A stretch of DNA of 64,000 nt, from NCBI GenBank assembly GCA_039096225.1, contig JBBPEB010000034.1, forward strand, positions 1 to 64,000. Reading direction: 5' to 3'. Origin of the DNA: Blastocystis sp. Blastoise. Its lineage: Eukaryota; Protista; Bigyra: Opalinata. How positions within the stretch are numbered: the stretch's first letter is position 1; the number at the start of each line of letters is the position of its first letter. Of this stretch, positions 15,452-30,582 are shown piece after piece. Position numbers and translations under genes: made by a program. Below the pieces are notes generated by a model. That model did no database searches. It had not been told where the DNA came from and saw only the letters and a list, made by a program, of their open reading frames with translations.

Positions 15452-15660
15452 TATTAATACAATTATTAACATGCCATCTTTGACTAAAATTCATATCATC
15501 CATTCTCCTACAAGTCTAACTAATCAATATGTTACTTTATAAATCAATCTATATAATATATAAGAGTATATAATAAAAAAATATTTACTTCTTGATAATA
15601 ATAAGTTTCTGAGAATATTGCTAATATTTCAATTATCATTATTCTTCCATAAAATTCTAC
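15233..15660 (-). pseudogene. Decayed multi-exon gene fragment
   Basis: Short GC-richer blocks bounded by minus-strand AG/GT sites (e.g. SFNIIQKYCEKGVQLVTTDNK; RMDDMNFSQRWHVNNC), with stops preventing a continuous ORF. Confidence 0.3.
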
Positions 15661-15991
15661 AATTCATTTTTTAGAAAGATATAAATAATAAGCTAATAAT
15701 AAAATATATATTCTTTAGTTGAAGATAATTAAAGAATTTAAGAATATATAGTAGTTAAAATAAATTTAAGAAGATCTTATCTTAATTTACAATTTATTTA
15801 ATATAATAAAAGTAGAAGAGTATTTATAAGAATGAAAGAAAGAAATAACAAGAATAAAAAAAAGTGTAGAGATAGTAATAGGAGTAGGAGAACATATAGG
15901 ATTCACAAATAAATAGCATATATGAGTTCATAATACTAATAACTCTCTCTATATAAATAGATAGAATAATTAGTATCGTTATAATACATAA

Positions 15992-16029
<38 letters not shown>

Positions 16030-16539
16030 CAATAAAAACAGATCTAAAATTATATAAGTAAATTTTTGCCTACTTTATATATAAAATAGAATAATATCAA
16101 GAAGGATTGTAATATAAACTATATTTTTACTAGTCAATATATGATCCATTAATTCTTCTATATATATAATAATGAATAAAAAATAAATATATAATATTAT
16201 ATAACTCTTCGTTGATCATTACTATTTTATTTCCTTAATATTTTATTTTAATTTTTCTATTTCATCATTATCATAATTAATAATTTTTTTATTTCTTTTT
16301 TCATTTCATTTTCTTCTCTACTTTCATTCTTTGTTAATTTTCAAAATTATTATTTCTTCTTCTAATACATAATAAATTATAAATATCCGTAATAATATCA
16401 TTAAGAATACTAATATGGAATTGTTTACTATAATAAATACCTAATGATAAATACTAAACTAAAGAAGTAATAATAAAAGTTGAAGATTATATAAATAATA
16501 TAAAGAAGGAGAAAATGTATTATATGAGGTAATTTTAAT

Positions 16540-16795
16540 AATACTCGTGCTTTCTTTAATCCTAATATAGTATAAGGTAATACTTCATATAAAGGAGTTC
16601 CTAAATCAAATAATAATAATTTCTATGGTTTATAATTATAACTACTAAATTAACTTTTACATTCAACTATTCTCTTTATACATAAACAACGTATACGACG
16701 TTGAATAAGCTTACTTCGAATTCTATTCGAATCTGCTTTAGAAGTAGTAGAAGAAGTACTAGTCACATTTGTAGATAATTCATTTTCAATTTCTA

Positions 16796-16827
<32 letters not shown>

Positions 16828-16839
16828 GCATTATTAAAC

Positions 16840-16901
<62 letters not shown>

Positions 16902-18000
16902 TGAATAATGTATATCTATAGAAGGATTAGATGAATATAAATCTATATTATATAAAATATATTTAGAAGAAGGAAGAAGAGCAATAGGAGTATTATAATG
17001 AGTAATTTCAGACTGATTATGTATATATATGTAGATAAACAATACGATGTAGTACAAGATAAATTATGAATAGAAGAAGAAGAAGAAGAAGAATGACTAA
17101 GAAGACGTAATGATGAATGTTTTGTTTTCGAAGATTCTGTTATATCTGTTAATAGTATATTATTATCATATACTGTAGATATACTATTTGAATGAAATCG
17201 ATTATTTTGAGGTATTCTATTTATACTATTCTTCTTTTTAAATAATTCTTTATCTTGAAGAATCATAGGACTTAATATATTCTTATTTATATACTCATTT
17301 TATGAATCATTATAATGGTTTATAGCTATTTTATTAGTTAATATAAAGTTATTTGAATTATTATTATTTATTTGAATTATTATTAGTATTCACAGAAATA
17401 TTACTACTTATGGAACTTGATGTATCTTCTTCATTTGCTGTAGTTAAATATGTAGAAAGGATAGAACATGTCTTTTGAGATGTATGTATATATATATCAG
17501 AAAATATATTATTTTCTTGAATAGAAGAATATGATTGAGTATAATCATTTGATATAGGTATAGTTGAAGATGATAAAGTTTTTGTTGAATAATTAGAAGA
17601 ATCTGTAAATGAATGAGATGAAGAAGAAGGAATAGTAGATGAAGATCTATGTATAGTTGTAATCGGAGAAATATTTGTATTATTAATAGAAGGAGAAGGA
17701 GATATAGAAGGAGACATTGAACGAAGTGGAATAGGTGAATGAGATTTCAGAGTTGAAAGCACAGAAAGACTTTTTCGATTCATAAATAATCGCCTAAATA
17801 ATGTGTTATTCCAATGTGAAATAGAAGCTCGATTTGGTTTATCTTTTTATTGTGAGGATAGCATAGAAGAAGGAGATACAATAGTATTATTATTATTATC
17901 TTTATTATTATATATAATAATAATAGTAATATTTATTCTTTAAGAAATTCTTCAAATTCAGTATGGATTTGTTTCATCACATTGCATCCTTTATATCATA
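16540..18000 (-). pseudogene. Ser/Asn-rich protein pseudogene
   Basis: Three adjacent ORF pieces (17783-17364, 17266-16943, 17057-16650) broken by in-frame stops (e.g. SMLSSQ*KDKPNRAS; VECKS*FSSY) and a frameshift. Confidence 0.55.
16798..16902. repeat. (AAT)n microsatellite encoding poly-Asn on the minus strand
   Basis: Long TTA run seen directly. Confidence 0.9.
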
Positions 18001-19310
18001 AACTATTCTATAACCATAATATTATTCTTTTAAAAAGAATCTCATAAATTATTTTTAAATAGAAGAATATAAGTAACTACATTAATAGGAGAATTAATAA
18101 TAATATTCAAGATGTATTAATTTTTTTATGACTATATAAAATATATATATAAAATATATAACTATAATAAGAATAAATATATTAATTATAACCATATAAG
18201 AATATATATATACCTATAGAATAGTTCTTCTTCCATTTATAATCGATATTTCAATATATATATAAGTTTAGTATATTTAATAATGTTTATATCTTTCATT
18301 TAACACTTCTAAACCATATACAACAATTTATTTCTTTTTTTTTTTAATAATATAATATATTATATATAAATCTATATATTTATATATTCATTAATAAGAT
18401 ATTTTTTAACATAAAAATAATTCAAATATTATTTATTATTAAAATCAACAATTCAAATATAATATTTAATTCATTTATTCCAAAAAATAATTCCATTTTA
18501 AATAATAAAGACCAAATATAGGATATATTGAATATATATAGAATAGCATTCAAATAGCTATTTAATGATTAATATTTGAATTGTTTTCTCTCTCTATATA
18601 TGTATTTCTTATCAGTTCTTCTTTTAGAAATATCTATATATATATATATGCATTGTCAAGGTAGTAAGTATATTAAATAGATCAACAGAACGTACAAATA
18701 AATTAAATGAATCATCCTCTATATAATATTTATGTACTATATATATATATTATTATTATTATATATAATAGATACATATTATACAAACAATATATATATA
18801 TATATATAATATATATTATACAATATATTTATATACATCAAGTTATTGGAAACCCTTAAGAATATAATCCTTCTGTAAATGGAAGATATGAATTGTTGTA
18901 AGGGTAAGAATAATGATTTGAAGGCAAGAAGATGAAAGGTATGAACTCTTAGAAGATAATAATGTATATAAATCTATATATATATAATATTTGTTGTTCT
19001 ATAACTTTTATTAAAAAAATTTAAAAGTTTAGAGATAAAGATATAGATTCAAAATAGTAGTTGAGAAACTGCTATATATATACTTGATAAAAATAGAATA
19101 ATAAACATAAAATATAATAAATAGATTATTAAATGTCATGAATATCTATATAACAAAGAAGAGAGAAATATACAAAATATTTTACATTATTATATATATA
19201 ATAATATATATACAAAACTATAATCTTTATAAAATGGTATTAATGAGAATATCACATGATTCCATTCATTTAATTCCATAGTATAAATATATTCATAATG
19301 GAAAATATAT

Positions 19311-19544
19311 TCACCAATTGTTCTCTATAATAATAATAATAATAATCTCTCTCTTCCCTGAAACACTTTTTTTACAACAACAATTATCACAAACATGTGA
19401 TACCTTTATCAATTTATAACTGTGTAAAATTGTTTTTTTATTCAACTGTATTAAGTCTGATTTAAATGTCTTTCTGAGATAGTCATAACAAGTACCACAA
19501 AATATTGGCAATACACCTATATTATTTTTTATATATCTCATCAA
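19311..19544 (-). CDS. Short Cys-containing ORF or gene fragment (CxxC...CxxC)
   Basis: FCGTCYD...VCDNCCC in a 77-aa ORF; no clear flanking exons. Confidence 0.25.
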   Translation of the reverse strand: MMRYIKNNIGVLPIFCGTCYDYLRKTFKSDLIQLNKKTILHSYKLIKVSHVCDNCCCKKSVSGKREIIIIIIIENNW

Positions 19545-20427
19545 ATTTATCTTTTTTATTATTTATTCAAATTTTCTATATTATTCTATTATTCATTTAT
19601 ATTTATACTCTTCATCATAATAAAACTATTTTTATAATCATTCCTTTTTTATATTAGTTACAAATAATATTAAAATGTTCATTTGGCTACTTTATATAAA
19701 TTGTATACTATTCATGAATTCTATACTATTCTCAACTTTTTCTTGTTTATAAACTATTTTTTCATTATATTTAAAAAATTTATTTAATTTTATTATTAAT
19801 ATTTATTTGAATTTGTTCATTTCTTTTAAATAATAGTCATTCTGTACATTTATTTTAAACATATTTATTATTATTTTTTTATAATTCAATGATATAATAC
19901 AATTTTTTATTTATATTGTATATAAATTGATATTAATATGTATAGTATTCTTATTATTATAGTTTATAAAAAAAATTAAATTTTTGATAAAAAAAGAATA
20001 GAAACATCTTTCATTTTTTTTTATAGATAACTATTTATTGTTTTGATCTTTCAATAAGAATTGTTTTTAATTATTTAAATAGATAATAATGTATTGATGT
20101 TTATTATTATCATAGAATTCCTATCCTTCATATATTTTATTGTTTTTATTCTTATAATTTATATATTATCCTTTGTTATATATCTATAAAATAAACATGT
20201 TTATAAAAATTATTTTTAATAAAAAATATATATTTATCTTGAGAATATTATATAATAATTAATATTAATAAACTTTTAATAGTATGAATGCAGTTAGAAA
20301 ACAATTAACAAAACTTTTTTTTATATTTTATTAAAAATAATATATATATTGAAAAAACTTTTCTCAATAAAGAAAAGAAAACAATATATATAATGATTGA
20401 AATAAAAAACATAATTTATTATTCTTT

Positions 20428-21998
20428 TTATGCTCTTCCCCAGACTTCATAATCTTCTACTGTAAATTTGTTTTGAGAATTAGCATCACTTATATTTACA
20501 AATAATGAATGTTTTTGAGGAGTATTTACTTCAGAATAAGAATATGCATAACAATAAGAATTGGTATTGCTATGACATTGATCAGATATACAGATATCAT
20601 GGCCACCTCCAAATGTTGGACCATAAGAAGAAGAACAACATATACCATAGCTACTATTAATATTATCATATTTAGTAGGTGGAATACCATGTTCATTACT
20701 TAAAGTAAATAGAAATTCTTTAGAATGAGATTTATAGCCTATATAATTGATATTGAATAATTATATAAATAAATAAATATACTACATGAACCAGCCCAAC
20801 TTTGATCTGTATATCCTCCAAATACATTCATATGATTATTATGACCTATATGTTTGATTATAGTTACTGTCTCTCCTTGATCATCACAATATTTATGGAA
20901 TTCACTTGCTAAGAAATCATGTTTACTTGCTCTATATATATAACGATATAATACTAATAAAATATAAATATACCTAAATAATAATTTCCATTTCTTTTCT
21001 TTACCAAGCCAATTCATTAAGGGTATTTCCATGGATTTATTAGTAAGTATACGTGTATAGGGGAAATATGAATAAGGGATTATACATTCATCCACTATAT
21101 TTATTACTTTATCACCAAATAATCTATACATTTCATTCTCTAATAATTCTCTGTTTACAGTTTTTGTTTCTTCTTTAGAAATATATATACAATTATATTG
21201 AATATATTCATAAATATGATCAATATATGTATAATTCATCTTCATATACATTTCATTATTCTGTTCATCATAATCTACATATCCACTACCATATTCATTA
21301 ACAATCTTATTCATTAATCCATTCTTCTTTAAGTATTTTTTTAATCTATCATCTTCCTTATCATTTATATATAGAATAACATCATCACCTTCTTTATATT
21401 GTTTCACACCATGATCTCTTCTATAATAGGTTTTCATTAATTCTTCAGGAATAGGTAATTCACAATATTCAAACATTTTTAATAAATCAACTTGATCACC
21501 AAATTTCAATTTATCAATATTTATTTTCTTATTCATTAAAGAATCAATTAATAAAGGAAAAAGTGTTTCATCACCACGATAATCAAAAAAAATAGTACCA
21601 TCAACACTTCTTTTATCTTCTTGAGAATATTCATATAAAAATGTTCCTACTAAACTATTTGTTATTCGTTTAGGAAGAGAATAAGCTGGACCACTACTTG
21701 TGAATCGAATATAATCAATTCCATTATCATTATTATTCATATTTAAATCATTTTCATTCAGAAAAGAAGATTCTTGGATAATTATATGTGGATCATCACC
21801 ATTCTTATCATTCCTTCCTTCACAATTTCTTACAGATTGTTTTACCAATTCATTTATAGATTCACCTGAGTGAATACAGAAACTTATTGACTTACTTAAA
21901 ATACCAATCAAATCACCAATCAGTCTTTCAAAATGAATTACATCCTTCTGAATATCACCCATCTTATTCGCATCAAATTCTACCTTCTCTTTCACCAT
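20428..21998 (-). CDS. BTB/POZ-like plus TLDc domain protein (3 exons)
   Basis: BTB-like segment (SLVGTFLYEY...DGTIFFDYRGDETLFPLLID). TLDc motifs: KWKLLFR|ASKHDF..EFHKYCDDQGETVTIIK, VFGGYTDQSW, EFLFTL, YGPTFGGGHDI, FTVEDYEVWGRA*. Two GT-AG introns; stop at 20428-20430. Confidence 0.88.
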
Positions 21999-23805
21999 TC
22001 TAAACTATAAAAGAAATAAAAGAAAAACGAAAACTTTTTAAAAACTATTTTTCTATCCTATAAAGAGAAACTTATTTCTCTAATTCAAAATTCTAGTTAA
22101 AAACTCATTTGTGAAATATATTCTTTTATAGAGAAGAATTTAATAATAATCGTAAATATTTATAAAAAACTAGGTTTTCACCAATTCACGATTATTTTTG
22201 ATTTACTGACTTTTATTTTATAATAAATAAAGATTATTTACAATTTTTTTATTCATTTTTTATATTTCTTTATCATTCAATAAAATTGCATTTATAAAGA
22301 AAAATTTTTGATTTTGTTATTTATAAATCATGGAATCTACAAGAATAGCATTAAAATAGATCAAAATAAACAAATAATTGTCATTCTTCATTCCATTAGC
22401 TACGGTAACAAGTCAATTCTATATTAATTCTTAATTAGATTGTTCTGAATATTAATAATTTTCATTAATTACTTTTGAATTTCTACTTTTATTCACATTT
22501 TGGTTTTTATCTTCTTCATAGGATCTATTTGAACTTCAATTCATATTCTATGTTATTTAAATAATCATAATTCACATGAATCACTGATCTAAATCATAAT
22601 TTTGATGTTTCTTTAGCTAATCATTCCAATTCTATCCTCGATTTAATATCTTTTATATATTTATTACATTCATAATATAATTCTCTACCCATTCAAATCA
22701 CTTTATTTCTTTCAATTTCAATATCCTTCTAGTTAATTAAAAAATCATTATTCTTTTCTATTTTTATTCTTTAAAATAATTAATCCTAATATATCTTATA
22801 CTCCTTATAATCATCATGTAAATGAGTATATTATCTCCATCCAAACAATTATGATCACTTTTTTTTGTATACTATTCAACAACAAATTATTATCTAAGAT
22901 ACTTAACTTATATATATTTACTATATTCATCTATAGACCAAATATGATTAGCTCACAGTACAGAACGTTTCTTATTCATTATCTTATTTAAACAATACCA
23001 ATTATATAATAAATAATTAAATTATGATATAATAGCATATAAAATGATTTCAAGTATAACAATTCATATATATACATTTAATAACTGTAATTTTTAAATA
23101 TATTTTATATTTATAATGAATCATAAAAACATATTTTTTTCAATATTTATAAACATGTATAATTCTATTGGATGGTATACTATATTATTAATCTATTTTA
23201 TATCAAAGTCTCTATATGATATTTAATTATATATATACAAAAAACTATTTTGTATTTTATATATTAAGCATGAAAAGAGATTCTTATATAAACAACATAT
23301 TTCCTCTATTCTTCTACAGCTTACTTTGAAACTACTTTTATAATCAGTAAAACAAACATATTATAACACATAAGAAACCCTAAAACAAATATTTTTTTAA
23401 ATATGAAGAATTTGTAATTCTTTTAAAAAAGTAGATCCAAAACAGTCTTTTTTCTTTTTAATACTTCACATATAGTAGTTAACAGTTATTAAACATTTTA
23501 CTAATCATTATTTCAAATTATTTTTGTATAAGAATAAATCTTTAGAAGCATTTATAGTTCTAAATAAATACCTAATAAGCACAATAAAACAATGAATTCA
23601 TAGCAAACAATAATATTATTTTAAAAACATCAAATACTGAAAACAACAGCTAACATATATAGTGATTATTTTTATTCCATTATTTTCAAATAAAATAATA
23701 AATTTATATATATATATAATTAATAGAAATTTAAATATTTTTTTTTATTTAAAAAAATAGATTATATATAAAGCAACAAAAAAAAAATAAAATAATTTAC
23801 TTAAT

Positions 23806-26800
23806 TTAATCGAATTTATAATACACATGATTTTCTTGAATAAACATAGAATCAATCAATTGTTGTTTATATGAATTAACGTGTTCATCTGGAATATATT
23901 CATCTATACAAAACATTATAGATATATATATCTGTAAATATACCGATATGAATTATAAATTCTTTCAATTTTGGAATTCTTCTTGCAGTTATAAAATTGA
24001 TCAATTCTAATAAGTGTTCCTCATTATAAATATCTATAAAAAAGTATAATTTAAAATATTTATATATATGTATACATATTTCTAAACTTTTTAAACTTTT
24101 CGTCTTATTTTCATTTATACAATCAAATAATGTCTTTATTTCATATTCATTTATTGTTTTATCTACATATTATATAAATATATATTAGTTACATATATAT
24201 ACCTTCTGTACATTTAATTGTATCCATAAGTGAATGAGTATCCTGTTTACATCGAAGAATAGAAGTATTAGGATCATAAATATAAGTATAAGAAGAACCA
24301 CCTATAGAATTAATAACATTAATGAATAATATAGTATTATTTGGATTGACATACCAGTTAATTGAATACTAGTTGATAATGAAAAGTTGTCATGATTCAT
24401 ATATGTGCATAATTTTTGGATAAAACCATTCCACCAATCATTGTCTCTAAATGTTCCTATTAATATATATAATATTTAACAAAATATTATATAATAAAGA
24501 AATAATACACAAAAATTCATGATTTATAATATATATCTTATTATTACTATAAATATATACGAAACTTGATCAATTTTAACTTAGGGAAACTATCTGTAGT
24601 ATATAGTTCACAAAAGTGTTCATCAGGTATATCATCAGGGTCTATAATAATACAAATATTAAAATAAGATCAGATATGTCATGTTTTCTATTGAAACGTT
24701 TTGTTTGCAGAATATATATATACATAAAGATAATTCAGTTATATTATGGAAACAACCTTTAAGAATCAATCTATTTATATCTGTCATATTTCCTTTATAA
24801 TTATATTTAAATTAATTAAATAATTATTATTGACATAATCATCATATATATATATATATAATTACCATAAATAAAAACAATAGAAGCGATAGGAATCAGT
24901 ATATTCATTATGTTTTCTAATATTGTGAAATATTCAGAGAATGAGTCTTCCTTGATATAGCGTACTATATATTATCATATATTTATAATATAATATACAA
25001 TTAATCGTTAATTTTTTAATAACTTTAATCTTATTATCATTAAAAACACTTGATATCCATTTTAAATATTCCAAACTTATATTTTCTTCAACTATAGACG
25101 TTATACAAAACATAATAATATATAATAAAGAATATACATGAAATATTTAATTCATTCAAATGTTCTAATACACTACTCTTTAAAAATCCTTCCAAAGAAT
25201 TTCTTATATCATCTTCCATATTATCTATAAATAAATATTAATACTATATATTAACAATATATTAAATGAATACCTCTGACTGTAATATCTAAACGATCAA
25301 TATTATGTTTATACTTTTCAAAATAATCCAATTTTTTGACATTTATAGAATCAGAAGTATCAACTTTATATGAATAAAAATAATATATAGCATATAAAAT
25401 AATATTTTTTTAATATATATATATATATTTTATACTATAAATTTTATCAAAAAAAATAAGATTTTTCTCCAATAATTCTTTTAAATGTGGAAAACAATAA
25501 ATCAATCCATCTATATAAAAACAAAGAAATGTAATTGTATAGAGAGTGTAATACTATCAAATATATATACTACAAAGTAATGGATTAATTTCATCAATAT
25601 GAATTGAATGACTATAAACTAGGTTATCTAAAAGAGTAGCTATTTCCTTGTTATTGTTGATATCAATTCTATTTATTCTAATAGTATCAATTATTGACAT
25701 TAAATCCATAGGAAAAAGGAACTCAAAATTACTAGTACCTAGAATAAAAATAATAGTTATGTATTATATATGAAATTACTTATTGTAACATTGTAATTGA
25801 TAATATGTAATTTAGGGAAGCATTCTTTTTTTATTGAAGACAATCTGAAAGATTCTATATATAATATATACTTTATATAATATATACTTTATATAATATA
25901 TATCTATACCATCATCATATATAATTTCAGTAACATTTGGAAATACGTGAGTTGTCATTATTTTCATAAACAGTTTATTATTAATTTTATCAACTAATTC
26001 TTTAACTATATTAAACAATAACATAGAGTAGTAATATTGACAATAATAACTAGAAATACATACTCCATCTAATATTTAATGTTTTTAAAGAATCAAAGAC
26101 ACCTTCCAATGATTTTATAATAATCATAGCCTCATATTTTGAATAGGAATGTACTAGTGTTTGATATTATGTTTATAGTGTATTTATTTACATGTATTAA
26201 ACCATATTTCTGAAATAGAAAAATAAGGACAAAGTTGTAATAATTGAGACATACCCCATTCTGAAGATACTTTATCAATACTATTTGATATATATATAAG
26301 AACATATTAATGATATAAAAATATATATATATAAGAAAATACCACAATTTTTTATTGTTTTTGTGGTCTATATATAAGAATTATTAAAAAATGCTTGATT
26401 ATATATTATAAGGATTCTAAATGAAAAGTTTTAATTTTATATATATATATATATACTATCAAATGTAATTCTAACCGTATCTTTAAGCATATTATTACAA
26501 ATCATTTCACTATTTTTGATTTCTGAATAATCATTTGTATATATAACTTCATTAATACTATTTTTAAATATTTTTGGTAACTGATTTTGTTTTCTTTTTT
26601 TATTATAAGAAACAATCAAATCACGAGAATAATAAATATTTTTAGTATCTAAAGAAGAAATCTTATTATATTCATTCATTTCTGATTCGGTGTAATACTC
26701 ATATTTTTTACGTTTACTTATTTCATAGTCATCACTATAGTATAGGCGAGCATATTCCATTATATAGTCATCACTATTTGGATTCAATATTAATTCAGTT

Positions 26801-27607
26801 TGTTTACTACTTGTAGTTACTATATATATATAGTAAAACAAAGGTATATATATACTATTTATTGTTAATTCGTTTAATGAAGGGAATATATCTTTAATAC
26901 ACAATGGACATATATATTCTAATGGAATATTTGAAGAATAATCATCTATATATATTTATTTATTATTTTAATATCTATTTACATTCAATTTCAACTATAA
27001 TAATATTCATCAGTTTAATAAGTAATGAATAATAGAATAATTCTTCTCTTCGTTGTTGTGTAAATAAACCTATACATATTATTTGTAAATAATAATATAA
27101 CTATACCTTTTATACTAATTTTTTTCCAAGTTGGATTAAATAATTCAATAGAATAATCATCATCCAACAGGTTTCTATTGTCATAACCTATAAATATCTC
27201 ATAATTATTCTCTTTCAGATACTCTGCAAATAATTTTTTAATATGTAATAATAAACATTTTTGAGTTTTTTTATCAAGTGTAACTGAGTATTCATGAAGT
27301 GTTCTATATATATCGAAAGTGTCTCATAGATTTAAGAAGAAATATCTTTATTTTTATCATTAAACAATGAAATCACTTTTTCTATATGAAATGGAAGCAT
27401 ATTGATATAATAGCTACCATCCTTAAATTGTTCAGAGTGTTGAATAATATCGTAAAAGGGGAATTGGCGATATTTGTCAATAAAATCTCTAGAAATCCAT
27501 AATTGCGTCTCATCTTGAAATGTAAATAAGTCTAAAAACATATATATCATTTGTAATCATACTCACATACATTTATCTTCTGTTAATATTGACTTGCTTT
27601 CTGACAT
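23806..27607 (-). pseudogene. Multi-exon lineage-specific family gene (BTB-like N-terminus, LRR-like body), disabled
   Basis: ATG 27607 (MSESKSILTEDK); FTFQDETQLWISRDFIDKYRQFPFYDII; many short exons ending DSMFIQENHVYYKFD*. Frameshift plus TGA near 27330 and a further stop near 26130. Paralogous to the 60.1-61.0 kb fragment. Confidence 0.7.
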
Positions 27608-30582
27608 CACTTGAATTCAACTATAAAAATAACATAATCATAGATTATTATTCTTCGGAAACGCATTTCTATATATTATATTCAATAAATACTTTGAAAA
27701 AAGTTGTATTCTAGAATAAAAACAATGAATTAATGAAAGCAAGAAAAATTAAAACTTGCAAATTTTTAGAAAAGATATATATGGAATTACTCTTAGTTAC
27801 TCATTGATATTAAGTGCAATTATATAGCATTTCAAAGTGAATGAACAAGTATCAAAAAAGAATCACGATTATATTTTTTTTTATAGCGAGAAATTTAAAA
27901 GTGAAAAATATTACTTCTTTTAAATTTTATTTATTCATTTTATATCGTTAAAATAACTTATTTAATTCAATATAGTTGAATATGTTTATTAAAATACTTA
28001 GAGATAATGGATATACTCAAAGAATTTATTATTATAATCAAAAAAAGAAATACAAGAATCAAAATTACTAAATAAACATAAATGAATGTATTATTGGCTG
28101 CTTTAATCAAATGTTAGCAAAGTATATTTCAAATAAAAGTCAAATATTCACAATTCTTCAACAAATTATTTTCAAAATCCTATATTGATCTTCATGAGCA
28201 GCTATTTAAGAAGTCTATGATGATTTATGATGTCATGAAATATTAATTATTTAATCTTTACTGGAGTTTCAACAAGATAGAAACAATTAACAGTGATTCT
28301 CTTCTTGTTTTTGAAATAATAGCAATATTATATTCCATGAAGTTACAAAAATATATTCTATCACATTTCTGTATATTATAACATGAATATACCTTATGTA
28401 TACCAATTGAAACAAGCAATTCATCTTTATTTCCTGTTATGCATTCTATTTACGTTTTTATTATATTATATATGAATTAATATTTATCAAGAATCTATTC
28501 ATGTACATGGATTGAAAACAGTTGAAGAGTATGAAACTGTTTCATCTACTGAATTCTCTAAAAGCATTTCATTGCTACTCTTTATTGTATAAAGTATTTT
28601 GAATAAATAGTTCACATTATTAAATGTATAAAGATCCTCTTCATATGCTAAATCATTTATAAATCTAAATATATGAGTTTATACTTCTTTATGACACTGA
28701 TATTGATATGTAAAGACTCTTCATATTATAATTTGTTATAGAACATCACTTTTGATGTTTTTTCTTAGTTATTTTTTATTATTTCTTATTATATGTATTC
28801 AATATATTGCGAATAACTTTTATTTTTAACTTATTCAATAAGAAAAATATACTCATCTTTGAGAATCAGTGTTTTTCATGTATTTATTTTAATCAATTAA
28901 ACAAGTCAGAAAGTAGATAGAATAGAATAATACATTTATAAATGATTTAATACGTTTATCATTCTAAAATAAAAATAATAAATTTTTAGAATAAAAAGTC
29001 TCATAAAATATTTATATAATGTTTTTAATACAAATTTATAAACTATTATTTTTATCATTTCCTCTTTTAATCCTATAAAATTCATTTATGTATATCTTTA
29101 ATATTGATAAACATTATATAACAATTTATACTCAAAAGTGACAACATTATTAAAATGGAATCACTACAATTGTCTTTATTATGTATTTTAAAATCTACTA
29201 ATGAAGAGTACACATAAAATATTCATTAGAAAATAATAAATTATATAATTATATTCCATATTCATAGAATAAAATGAAAAATAAAAAAGGATAGCCAAAG
29301 TATTTTGCAAAAAGCAACGAATACAAATGAATGAAGAGTTTCTGAATATCGTTTGCTAATTCATGGGAGAAGTCGTATTGACATAAGATAGCAATCTTTT
29401 TATATAGAAAAATAAAACAAATTTTACTATTTTTTATGACTCGTTTTGATAACGTAGCTTATAAAGAATATCTTATTTAAAAACTAGGTAAATAGCGAGG
29501 AATTCTTAGAAGAATTCTTTGGTTATTGACTCCAATAGGTTTTCATTGTTTTTAGACTTGACTGTAGACAGTGTAGAATTCTCTCTTGACTAATAAGATC
29601 ACTTTTACTGATTTCTTGGGAAATACCGAAACTGTAGCTATAACGATTTTTATACTATTTTCAAAACAGTTGAATTAGCAACTTTTTTACAATCAGTCAA
29701 TTTATGTATAATACAAGAGAAATAGTGGTACAATACGAGAGTTTCTATTCATTAATATTCTATATAGACATTCTAATAATTGTGTTTCTTTCTTGATTAA
29801 AGTCAACCATTTCATGATATCAGCTGTTTGTTAGTATCCTTATGCTATATGATGGAAAGAAACGATAAAGGAAAAAAAAAAGAAAAATTGGTAGAAATAC
29901 CCAAAAACATTATATTGCAAGTTATGGAGAATCGTTGTACAATTATGGGAAAAGACGATTCTATTCTTTTCTTCATTTTTTAATCTAATAAGATAAATTA
30001 TAAAGTACTAAATGACTTTAAAGTAAACTATAAAATGTATAGATGCTATATTATATATATGATTAAGATTTATGATAATCATTCAGTTTTCTTAACAATA
30101 ATTATCATTAAAATAAATTAATTGATTTCAAATAATATGCAAAATGTTTTAAATAATCGAATGAATCAAAAATAATTCAATAAAACAAACAATTAAAAAG
30201 TAAAATTAAACTTAAAAGACTTTTCTCTTATTTAACTAATACAATACTATTTAACTCATCACATAAACTTTCACATACTCATCACAATACTCATCTAACT
30301 AAAATATTAAACGAATTATTTCAAAATTAAACTAATTATTTATCAAATCCACATAATAAGCAACAAATAACAGAATCATTCAAATATAAAACCTTCTAAC
30401 ACTACAAATTTCATACAATCTTCACAACAATGAAGAAATCAAAGAAAAATCAAACAAACACATTTTAAACAACACAAACCATTTTTCACTCAGATTCTAA
30501 CAAATAATTAAGAGAATTTTCTTATTCTCAAAACACTTTTGTTTCTTTCTGATAATTCATCCTATAATTCTTATTTAATTAA

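Noticed and set aside
20509-20703. Plus-strand 64-aa ORF, and other short antisense or alternate-frame ORFs within 30-48 kb
   Set aside because: They shadow real exons on the other strand or frame, or run through TA-rich introns.
22400-22900. Possible coding remnants on the minus strand (also ~28.0-28.7 kb)
   Set aside because: Too many stops and no recognisable motif to support a call.
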